Shown here: piece by piece, positions 46,643-56,500 of the stretch
Layout: each line of letters opens with the position of its first letter
Position numbering within the stretch: position 1 is the stretch's first letter
From: a virus
Lineage: Duplodnaviria > Caudoviricetes
Length of the DNA: 57,181 nt
Reading direction: 5' to 3' (one strand)
IMG/VR virus record: IMGVR_UViG_3300015360_000051
Span: 1 to 57,181 of that record
Made by a program: the position numbers and the translations under genes
Notes under the pieces: generated by a model
Told to the model about the DNA's origin: nothing
Seen by the model: only the letters and a program-made list of their open reading frames with translations
Databases searched by the model: none

Positions 46643-46683
46643 CACAGCATCCTACAAGGAATTGGATTAAATGTCAATGAATT
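46630..46683 (-). promoter_or_regulatory. 54-bp promoter + start cassette, copy A
   Basis: TTGACA-17-TAGGAT-6-ATGGATGATATCG; identical to 47081-47134. Confidence 0.85.
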
Positions 46684-46703
46684 CAGTGTCCATCTATTTG
46701 TCT

Positions 46704-47093
46704 CTACTCAGAGACTTCTTTTCCGTCCACCCACCACTCCTTGAGTCCATTAGACCACTCAACGGCAGGCAGTCCGCCGCCACGATGACGCTGGCCGTTT
46801 TTCCACCAAGACGCATCGCTATTTTCGTTCCAACCGGCGGGCTCGTCCCAAACGGCGGGCTCGTCGCCGTCACGGTGGAGACGACCGTTTACGTGCCACT
46901 CCTTATGTCCGTCTAACAACGAGACGGCTGGCAAGTCGCCGTCACGGTGGAGCTGACCGTTTTTATACCATTGCTTGCCTCCGTCTCTCCACTCGATGGC
47001 GGGACGACCTCCCTCACGGTGGAGTTTCCCGTCTTGGTTAAAATAACGAGTATTCCCTATAGGGTCTACTACTTTGTTTTCGATATCATCCAT
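46704..47093 (-). CDS. HRDGGLPA repeat protein
   Basis: MDDI start, 4 repeats. Confidence 0.85.
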   Translation of the reverse strand: MDDIENKVVDPIGNTRYFNQDGKLHREGGRPAIEWRDGGKQWYKNGQLHRDGDLPAVSLLDGHKEWHVNGRLHRDGDEPAVWDEPAGWNENSDASWWKNGQRHRGGGLPAVEWSNGLKEWWVDGKEVSE

Positions 47094-47134
47094 CACAGCA
47101 TCCTACAAGGAATTGGATTAAATGTCAATGAATT
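47081..47134 (-). promoter_or_regulatory. 54-bp promoter + start cassette, copy B
   Basis: Identical to 46630-46683. Confidence 0.85.
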
Positions 47135-47137
47135 AAC

Positions 47138-47605
47138 TCACCCGTCTCTGCTGACCCATGTATTGCCGCAAGTCTGAGAATGACCCCCAAACCCCTGAGC
47201 GTTTCCGATGGTCCATTCGTTTTCGGATATCTTGGTAGTGCCAGAAACTCTAGAGCTGTTAAAAATCTGAGCGTTCCCGTAAACCCGAGCACTGCCGCAG
47301 ACCCTAGCCTCACCATACACCCAGGCGTTGCCGTAAATCGCTGAAGACCCAAAAATTAAAGTATCCCCATAAATCTGTGCACTACCAAAAATCTGAGCAT
47401 TCTCGGAGACCCAGGCGTTGCCAAAAATCTGAGCACGCTCGTAGACCCAGACGTTTTGGCAGACCCTGGCGTTGCCAAAAATCTGAGAATGAGGCCCTAC
47501 CCAGACAGAGTCTGAAACGAAAGCGGTATCGGCCACCCAACCTTTGCCGTTAGGATGCTGGTGAATAGATACTGGCCCATTGCCATCTTGGAAGTCTTTT
47601 TTCAT
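47138..47605 (-). CDS. Hexapeptide-repeat left-handed beta-helix protein
   Basis: Tandem [GE][NS]A[QWR][IV][FY] hexapeptides. Confidence 0.85.
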   Translation of the reverse strand: MKKDFQDGNGPVSIHQHPNGKGWVADTAFVSDSVWVGPHSQIFGNARVCQNVWVYERAQIFGNAWVSENAQIFGSAQIYGDTLIFGSSAIYGNAWVYGEARVCGSARVYGNAQIFNSSRVSGTTKISENEWTIGNAQGFGGHSQTCGNTWVSRDG

Positions 47606-47613
47606 TTTTTTGA

Positions 47614-47835
47614 TTACTCGTCTTGCTGTAATGAGTGTGTAACGATTTTGAGGGCGATTAAATCCCGCAAGATGCCGTGCTTTACGGCTAGCCGCGTTAT
47701 ACGGCCGAGGTCGCCGTGCCTGATGAGGCTAAACCTCCCGCGCTGGAATGCTCTTGCGCCCTTGGGCGACTGGTATTCTGGCGGTAACTCCAGGCTAATG
47801 ATGATAGGTTCTTTAGGCGTCTTCTTCTTTGGCAT
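47614..47835 (-). CDS. Small basic hypothetical protein
   Basis: ATG 8 nt after TTGACA-18-TAATCT. Confidence 0.6.
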   Translation of the reverse strand: MPKKKTPKEPIIISLELPPEYQSPKGARAFQRGRFSLIRHGDLGRITRLAVKHGILRDLIALKIVTHSLQQDE

Positions 47836-47943
47836 CTAGACCAAGATTACCAATGAGTTCGCTTGTTTGTCAAAGGAATAAGTGCGTCATTTTGCAGGGA
47901 CAACCTTTAAAAAAAGAACAAACTTTGTTCTCCAAGTCTGAAA

Positions 47944-48000
47944 ACGTGTGGTAGAATTGTAACTAAATGAAAGGACGTGTGGCAGAATCGTTACTAAATG
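47944..48000. repeat. Two imperfect 26-bp direct repeats in the divergent intergenic region
   Basis: acgtgtggtagaattgtaactaaatg and acgtgtggcagaatcgttactaaatg, period 31 bp. Confidence 0.75.
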
Positions 48001-48095
48001 GAGAAGGATTAGAACTCCGTATGAATAAATTCAGTAGCTTGAGCTACGGGAGGATGTCGGAGTGCCTGTAGTGAAAACGTTACTAGTAGGGGTCC

Positions 48096-48716
48096 TTGGT
48101 CCGAAAAGCCACACGAGGAAAACAGAAATTGAACCGTAAAAATTTAGCATTTGTGTGCAGTGCCCTCCGGGGGGCCAATCTCGAAGAGAATCAAAAATTG
48201 GCCAGGCTCTACTGTCTGTATGCCACCGAGCAGGGAGCTGTCCCGTTTGCCCCTCACCTGTTTTTTACCCAATTCCTGGAAGACACAAACGAGGAGCAGC
48301 GGAGGCTAGGAATCGAATGCGGCAAGGCCATCCTATCTCAGGCGTGTGCGGAGGTTTGGGTGTTTGTGGTGAATTCCTACATTTCGGCTGGCATGTCCGA
48401 AGAGATTGATTTTGCGTACAAAATCGGGAAACCCGTCAAGTGGTTCGTGGCGGGGTGGGACGCCATCTCCGACAACGTGGTGATTACCCGCCTAAACCAC
48501 CTGCCAGATGACGCTATGCCATCTCAGGCCGACCTCCAGACCGATAGCAGTGTTGTAGACGTGTTCAGGAAAATTGCAGACCGGTTGAATTCTGGTGAAT
48601 TCTACGAGGACTGCCTGGACGACCTAGACGGAGTACTAGATACGGCCCTGTCAGAACGCGACAGAGAAATAGAATGTGATTGGCAGCTTGACATGGACAA
48701 CAGGAGAAACCCATGA
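48096..48716 (+). CDS. DUF4406/nucleoside deoxyribosyltransferase-like protein
   Basis: FVCS...N..LAR.YC...PFAPHL.F.QFL...EVWVF...SAGMSEEI...GKPV. Confidence 0.75.
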   Translation: MVRKATRGKQKLNRKNLAFVCSALRGANLEENQKLARLYCLYATEQGAVPFAPHLFFTQFLEDTNEEQRRLGIECGKAILSQACAEVWVFVVNSYISAGMSEEIDFAYKIGKPVKWFVAGWDAISDNVVITRLNHLPDDAMPSQADLQTDSSVVDVFRKIADRLNSGEFYEDCLDDLDGVLDTALSERDREIECDWQLDMDNRRNP

Positions 48717-49048
48717 AAGACTTTTACGAAGTATTCCAAACAAAAATCAAAACGGAGTACGAGGAAGGGACTCTAGGAGCCGCCGCATTCCACGAGGCGT
48801 CCTTGGACTGCATCTCTAGGTTTATGGAGTCCGGCCATGAACAGGCCGCCCTTAGGGCAATAGCTAGTCTTGACGAGACATACCTAAATAGCGAGAGTTT
48901 TTTGAAGCTGTGCGCGAAAGACAAAAACATAGCGGCAACCTTATCTAAGGCTGCTTCCTGGTTCGAACAAGCCAAAGATTTTTTGGTGGAAGAAGAAGAG
49001 GAAGACCGCGTCGTTACCCAACCTAACGACAGAAAGATGTATTCGTGA
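48713..49048 (+). CDS. Hypothetical protein
   Basis: AGGAG SD, ATGA overlap. Confidence 0.7.
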   Translation: MKDFYEVFQTKIKTEYEEGTLGAAAFHEASLDCISRFMESGHEQAALRAIASLDETYLNSESFLKLCAKDKNIAATLSKAASWFEQAKDFLVEEEEEDRVVTQPNDRKMYS

Positions 49049-49254
49049 GAGTTAAGATTTTGCGGACAATAGCAAAAATCATGCTAGCTATCTGTACAAT
49101 TGGGTTCGCGTTTAATTTGCTCCTCCTAGCGAATCTGCACGAAGTCATCCCCGAGCTGTCTATTCTATGGCTCCTGCTGATGGGGGTATTTTGCTTTGGT
49201 ATCTATGCCAATCTAGAGTACCTCAAGGATACAAAATTCCTCTCGGGGAAGTAG
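49045..49254 (+). CDS. Small two-TM membrane protein
   Basis: Two hydrophobic helices. Confidence 0.6.
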   Translation: MRVKILRTIAKIMLAICTIGFAFNLLLLANLHEVIPELSILWLLLMGVFCFGIYANLEYLKDTKFLSGK

Positions 49255-49282
49255 CAATCTTTTCCCTGAGGTTAATCTAGAG

Positions 49283-49696
49283 ATGCTCCTTTCCGCTCGA
49301 CTATTAGACGATGTTTGCGAAGTAAATGCTTACAAATACGTACCCGAAATCGAAGTCACCGCTAGAGACTCTTTCGATATATATCTCCAGTTAATTGACA
49401 AGTCTCAGAACGTGGCCAGATTGGGGTTCAATCCTTCGGGGTTGCGCCACATGCCTCTGGCTGGGGCTACGCTGACAGCCACGGTCGTCAACGTGAATCC
49501 GGCAGTGGCGTTTTCCCGTGTCGCTACCCAGCCTTTCCCCCGAGATACGTCGATTTGGCGATTGTCTTTTTTGACCACCGACCCCATATCGGCAGGGACT
49601 GTTACTCTGTCTTTTGCTCTGACTGAGGGGGCCGTGGTCCGTCGGTTCACCTTACTCGCAGCCCTGAGGGTGAGTGGCTCTCTGGAGGCCTGCTAA
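49283..49696 (+). CDS. Putative virion protein (beta-sandwich)
   Basis: Beta-rich; begins a late-looking unit after CAATCTT. Confidence 0.65.
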   Translation: MLLSARLLDDVCEVNAYKYVPEIEVTARDSFDIYLQLIDKSQNVARLGFNPSGLRHMPLAGATLTATVVNVNPAVAFSRVATQPFPRDTSIWRLSFLTTDPISAGTVTLSFALTEGAVVRRFTLLAALRVSGSLEAC

Positions 49697-50541
49697 TGCC
49701 TTCTGACTACGCAAAAAGCAAGGAAGGGCTAGGAGGTCAGTTACTAGACGGGGTCATTGAGACGACCTGGCAGGACTCTGGGCCGTTGGTTACCGCCGCC
49801 GAAGTCAAGCGGATGCACCTGTTCGGCATCCCATTGGTGTCCGCAATTGTTGACCCCTATACTGGGATGCCGGAGTTCATTGGTCCGGAGACCCTTTCTG
49901 AGTATATAGTCGAGGCTGTCTCAATCGTAGAGACGGAAACCGGGTTGGAAATTTTCCCCCGGCAACGAGACGAGCGGCACCCATATGACCAAAAAGCCCA
50001 AGAATCGTTTGGCTATACGGTTTTACGCCACCGCCCTGTACAGTCTATTGAAAAGCTAGCTGTTACCTCTACGGACGGTGTCGACGTGTGGCAAGTACCC
50101 ACAGCCTGGATTGATACAGGCTACCTCCATCAGGGGCAAATCAATCTGATCCCGTTCGCGATTGCTGGGCAAGGAGGCTCTACAGTGCCTGTTACTGGCC
50201 CGGTCGGGATGGGGCTACTCCCGTCACTGTTTCGATTCCACTGGGTCCCAGGGATTTGGACGGTTACGTACACTACCGGCTTCAAAAATGGCTGTATCCC
50301 AAAAATCGTAAACCACCTGATTGGGGTAGTTGCGTCGATGGAAATTCTCTCGATGTTGGCAACCACCTACTCGAAGAGCCAGTCTTCCTCTCTATCAATT
50401 GACGGCATGTCTCAGTCGGTTTCTACACCGGGGCCTCAACTGTTCGACACTCGGCTAATGGTCCTAGGGGAGAAGCGGAAGTGGCTGGTCAATAAACTCA
50501 AACGACTATTTGGACTAGGATTCTGGTCCGACAACGTGTAA
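49696..50541 (+). CDS. Putative head completion/neck protein
   Basis: LFGIPL, AVSIVE, HRPVQSIEKL, VTYTTGF, SLSIDGMSQS pattern typical of head-tail adaptors. Confidence 0.7.
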   Translation: MPSDYAKSKEGLGGQLLDGVIETTWQDSGPLVTAAEVKRMHLFGIPLVSAIVDPYTGMPEFIGPETLSEYIVEAVSIVETETGLEIFPRQRDERHPYDQKAQESFGYTVLRHRPVQSIEKLAVTSTDGVDVWQVPTAWIDTGYLHQGQINLIPFAIAGQGGSTVPVTGPVGMGLLPSLFRFHWVPGIWTVTYTTGFKNGCIPKIVNHLIGVVASMEILSMLATTYSKSQSSSLSIDGMSQSVSTPGPQLFDTRLMVLGEKRKWLVNKLKRLFGLGFWSDNV

Positions 50542-50543
50542 CA

Positions 50544-53500
50544 ATGGCAACACCTGAGGGCGAAGCTACACATTCTGCTGAGGTTGCCCTAATCCAGGTA
50601 ACCAACGCACAGGGGCATCTGCTCCTGGGCAAACGTAACGATACCGGTAAATGGACGTTGCCTGGTGGTCACCTAGAGCACGGAGAAAGTCCAGAGAGAG
50701 GGGCTATTAGGGAGCTGTTCGAGGAGACCGGGTTGAAGCCTGAGTCTCTAACCTATGCCAGGAAGTTCAGCCCGCACGATGGGTTAACTATTCACTGTTT
50801 CACAGCTCTCTGTCTCGGAGACCCTCATGGGGACAATGACCCAGACAACGAATGCGACAAATGGGAATGGGTGGACGTTAGTGACGGCATTCCTGAGGAT
50901 ATGTGGGAGAACCTAGCGGGGCCCAAAAATGGAAATGTGGTTAAGCAGGTGTTCGACCAGAGTTTGACCAAAATGGACATTAAAGAGGTACACGATTACA
51001 ATTCGTCAATAGACGACCACGTTCCTCCGCCAACTTCCACTAATTTTCCCAGGCCTGTAAAGGATAATCCCCATCAGCATCAAATTCCTGCCAAACCTAT
51101 GGCTAAGGTCGTCCACAAGACTTCGCTAGCACAACTGAATTTATACGACCGGGAATTTCAGGGATATATCCCCGCTCCCAGCCTTGCTATCGTCCATCAG
51201 GACAAGGATTTTGACTCGTTCGGTGACGTGACCCTCATCGCTCATCCTAGGATGGTCGACCCTAGGGTAACGAACACCCATGTCTATTCGGGGGACTCCT
51301 ACTCTCCACGGAGCGGCAAGCCGATATGGCGCTCTGGACTCGAAGCTAATAATAGCTTTGCGTCAGAGGTTCACAACGACCCGACTGCTAGCGATACAGA
51401 CCGAGGAACTAGTAGATATTCAAAAGAATCGTTCGCGAGAGAGTTTGGGGAGTATTTTAATTCTCACCATTCGGTCTCCGTCTTCCACCAAGGACTATTA
51501 GCTGTCCCTGGTTCCTCCAGCGGCGATGTACCAAGAATGGTGGTCGATAGGTTCTATGCCGAACACCCCCTCGTGGGTTTTGGAGAGAGAGGACTAAATC
51601 ACCAATACTTATTTGATAACTGGCTCTCTCAGAAAATGAAGGCTAGCGGATGGCAGCGAAAATTTTCATCCTCGTCGAGTGACGGAGCCGTTGAAGACTC
51701 TGACCCCGAGACAATCCTACGCAGAATGAATAGACGCCCCACGTTCGGCGGAGAAAGTCACCTAACCCACGCCTCCGCCCGCAAGAACCCAACAATGCAA
51801 GGCATCTTGTTGGAGACAAAGAAGTTTCGCTCCTTGAACGAGATAAAGGCACATACCGGTCAATTAATTGGGCATTCCGGTATTGAGGATAATGAAGAAA
51901 AAATAAACGAACAAACACAAACTCTGAGAGATTCTCTAACTGCTGACGCCTCCAAAAGGGGCAGCACTGTCACTGACGAAGACATTGACCATGTCGTCAG
52001 AGGGGTCCACTCAGGCAAATATCGTACCGCCAAAAAAGCAGTTCAGGCGATTCTGGGAGGGGATGTAGAATCAAAATTCCCAGAAGTCAGCGGCCGAATT
52101 GAAGAGATTATCAAGCTCTCTACTAAGAGAGGTCAAGAATATTTTGAGGCCAAGCCCAGGCGCTTGGTTCATTTGTCCGAGTTTCACACCGCCGTTGTCC
52201 CTCCGACCATATTTCCGGAACAGCTCGCGACCCTCAAAAGGTACGGGCTCAATGTCGTCAAACAGGACGCAAACCCCAGCCAGGTAACCAATATAGCAAG
52301 AGACCACAACTTGCTGCTGTCAGAGCATAGCATAGACGAACTCCAGTTCGCCGAACTTCAAAAATCTGATGACATGGATATTGAGTGGCTAGCGAAAGCA
52401 ATGACCACGGAAGACGAAGTGTCGACCTTGCTCCAGCACCACGACCCGATGGAACGCAGGCTCGCGCTGCGGCTCAATACGGCCACCCCTTCCCACATCC
52501 GCCAAGGGGCCTTCGACGCCGATGAAGAAGTCTGGAAGGAGGCACTCGCCCATCCAGACTCCGCAATCGCTAAGAGGGCTGTGCTTGCCTGTACCTCGAA
52601 CGACAAAGGGGAGGACCTGTGGCCCCAACAGCAGCACTTACTAGCAGATGACAACCTGCCAGCCGAGGCCCTGGATACCCTATACTCGACCATCCTACAT
52701 GATAACGACATCGGAGATAGTTCGAGGAAGGCGCGACTAAATGAGATAGCGGGTCACCCAAACTTCGATTTCCCTACAGAGAACCCCGACCAGTCCCTCG
52801 CAAAGCATTGGGGGCACGACCTGATTGAAGGTGCGCATAATATTCACCCTCCTACGGATTCTCTCGCCCCTAATCAGGCTCATAACATTGACCGTCATGC
52901 AGCCTACAAAAACGATTTCGATTCCCACCAACATCTAGTACCGGTCAAAAATGACAAGTTAGCACAGCTAGGCGAAAACAAAAAAGTCATTCACAAGACG
53001 AAGGTTTCGAAATATATGGTCAAGCCGTGGACTGCTGGAGAGAGCATCTCCCAACAGGTATTCCACGCCGCCGGAATGGGACACATCCATCAAAAAAGTT
53101 TCACCACCGAATACGTGGACAAAAAAACGGGTAAGGGTACCCAGGCCACGGTCATCAAGATAGAGCCTTTTCACTCAACAATCGCCAGCCTGAATGGGTG
53201 GGGCGGAACTGGACGAGTTAAACACCCCCTCCCAGACGAGCCGAGGCACGACCCGGATGATTTCATTAAAGGAAACATCTTAGACGCCGCTCTAGGACAG
53301 AATGACCGACATTTAAACAATATCATGATAGATGATATCTCGGGGAAGCCTCTATATATAGATAGCGACGCGTGCGGGAAGTCCATCTATGGGAATTGGG
53401 GGGAATTTAAGGACTCAGTAGAGTTTTCTAATTTTCTCAGCCACAGTAGAAGCCATCTCGACGGACACCTAGCAAAACAATTACTGGGAGACAGAAGCGA

Positions 53501-56500
53501 GGAAGCGTTTCGCCGAAAGGTCCACAGACTGGTACAAACGTGGTGGCCTACAGTGTCAGAGCCAATTAAAGCGAAGTTGGGCGAACTAGGCGACCGAGGC
53601 CGCAGTTCTGTCCTAGAGAATATCCACAACAACGTAAGCCAACTTGACAGACTTGTCCGTGGAAAAAGCGAAGACGGCTCAGAATCTGTTAACGACGAAA
53701 ACGGCGCCCGAAAGGAATGGCGCAACGTCGAAGGTCTCATTCATCGTGATGGTGACTTGCCTGCTATTATTCGCCAAAATGGCGAGAATGCCTATTACAA
53801 AAACGGTAAACGCCACCGTGACGGTGACCTTCCTGCTATCTTGGGCGGCCCTGACGGAGGGGTAACGTATTACAAAAACGGCTTCCGCCATCGTGACGGC
53901 GACCAGCCAGCCCACAAAGACAAAGATGCGGAAGCGCATTACCGAGATGGCAAGCTCCATCGTGACGGAGGCCTGCCTGCCGTTGTGCACGCCAACGGGC
54001 GCAAGGAGTGGTACGAAGGCGGGCTTCATCACCGTGACGGAGACCTGCCCGCTATCGAATACGAAGACGGAGGTAAGGAATACCTATATCGTGGAGTGAG
54101 AGGCCGCAACGGCGAGGACAAGCCATCCATTATCCGTAATGGAACTGAAACCTACTATATGGATGACCTTATTCATCGCATGAATGACTTGCCCTCCGTA
54201 ATAGGCCCTGGGCGGGAGGAATATTTTCGACTTGGTCGTCCCCACCGTGACGGCGGCCTGCCTGCCGTCGTCGTGGACAAACCAGGAGGGGTCAAAGAAC
54301 ATCATTATTTTCTGAATGGAGTCCCGTACCGCCCGCTCGGACTACCCACCTATGATGACGGAGCAGGATATCAGGAGTGGCGGAGTGCGGACGGGCTTCT
54401 CCACCGTCTCGATGGCCCCGCTGTAATCAAGGGCGCCGTTGGAGAACCTTACGAGGAGCATTATTACAAGGATGGCAAGCTCCATCGTGAGGATGGCCCC
54501 GCTATATTCAGACGCGACGGGGGTCACGAATTCTACGAGAAAGGCGTCCAGGTATTTCAAACTGCGGATGGATACAGAACTCTCAGTAGTGGGCTAGGAG
54601 GCATCAAGCTGAAAGAGCTACGAAACAAATCCGGGGACCTCCACAGCAAAAACGACCTTCCGGCCTATATTAAGATAAGGGAGGGCGAGAGAGGGAAGGA
54701 AAGAGTTATTAGAAAAGAGTGGCACAAAGAAGGGAAGGTCCATCGTGATGGAGACCTGCCCGCCATCGAGTTGTCAGACGGAACCAAGTTTTGGTACAAA
54801 GACGGCCTCCCCCATCGTGACGGTGGATTGCCTGCCATCGAGAGACTGGACGGCAGTAAAGAATGGCACGTAAACGGTAAGCGCCATCGTGATAACGACT
54901 TGCCCGCCATCGAACAGGCAGACGGGAGCAAGGAATGGTTTGTAAATGGTAAGCGCCATCGTGACGGTGATTTGCCTGCCGTTGAATGGCAGGACGGGCA
55001 TAAGGCGTGGTATGAAAACGGTCAGCCCCACCGTGACGGCGGCCTGCCTGCGGTCGAGTGGGCAGACGGGCATAAGGAATGGAAGGTAAACGGTTATCTC
55101 CATCGTGACGGAGACCTGCCTGCCATCGAACGGCCAGACGGGGCCAGGCAGTGGTACGTACGCGGGAAACGCCATCGTGACAACGACTTGCCCGCAATCG
55201 AATGGCCAGACGGAACCAGGTCGTGGTGGGTGGACGGCCAGCATTACCGTGACGGAGGACTACCCACTATTGAACGCGCAGGAATACCAGGAGTTAAAAA
55301 AGCCCTCGAAAGCGGCTGGGCGGATAACCTCCACAGCAAACCAGACCAGATGCCCACCGTTTTTAGGGCTAATGATGCTGTAAAAAAATACAAACAATTT
55401 GAAGGAACCCACAAGACGTTTGAGACTCACGAACCCGTACAGCCGTCTAAAGCTCTTTTCCAGAAGCATGTCCAAGACTCTCCGCATCTAATACCAACCC
55501 CTCCCCCTACATCCAATATGGGAGGGGTTGAGAATAAACACGTTCACGAATTCGAGGACGATTCAGGGGCATACCATAGATTCCTAATTAAAGGGTACCA
55601 CAGCAACTACGCCATGCACAGCGGGTTTGGGGAGCTAATGTCACAGGACGCCTACCACGCCGGAAACATTGGACACCTGCATCAAAAATCCTTCGCCACC
55701 ACTGACGACCAAGGCAATCCGGCATTGGTAATTCATATGGACCATAGCAGGAATGTAGGGGTGGATGATTGGCCCGAACATGCGGAAGACTATCATAAAA
55801 TCGCAATGATGGACTTTTTGTTGCAAAATGGTGACAGACATGGTGATAATATAATGTCTCCCCCTCTGGCGATAGACAATGCTGCGTCGAGTTACATGGA
55901 CTTTTACGGGGGGAACGTACCTCCTACCCAAGAAGAACTGTGGAAGGATTCAGACGCCCTAGAAAGGATTCCAAACAACCTAGGGACCAAACACTCTCCT
56001 GGAATTAAGGAGTGGTGGAATCAAAATAAGGTAGCCATTAAGGATTCAGTTCATAGGAATTTCCGAAAAGTGCTCCCCGACGACGATGGAGACGTAAATC
56101 ATGCGCACAGTCGGTTAGATGCCCGATTTGATGACCTGGACAGTTCGGTTAACTTTAAGTTCGGTCAACACACCCGCGTTTCCGAAGGAGTCACAAACAG
56201 CCTAAACGAGCACGGCCTCGCGCACAGTTTTGACGACCAGCCCGCCCTGATAATGAGGGGCGGCGGTCTCAAAATCTGGATGAAAAATGGGGTCAAACAT
56301 CGTGACGGTGGCTTGCCTGCATATGTTGAGGACGACGGATACGAAATCCACTACAAAGACGGCAAAGTCCATCGTGACGGAGGCCTGCCCGCCATCGAAT
56401 ACGCAGACGGTGGTAAGGAGTGGCACGTAAACGGAAAAATCCACCGCGATAACGGACTGCCCGCCGTCGAACGGGCGGACGGGACCAAGGAGTGGTGGGA

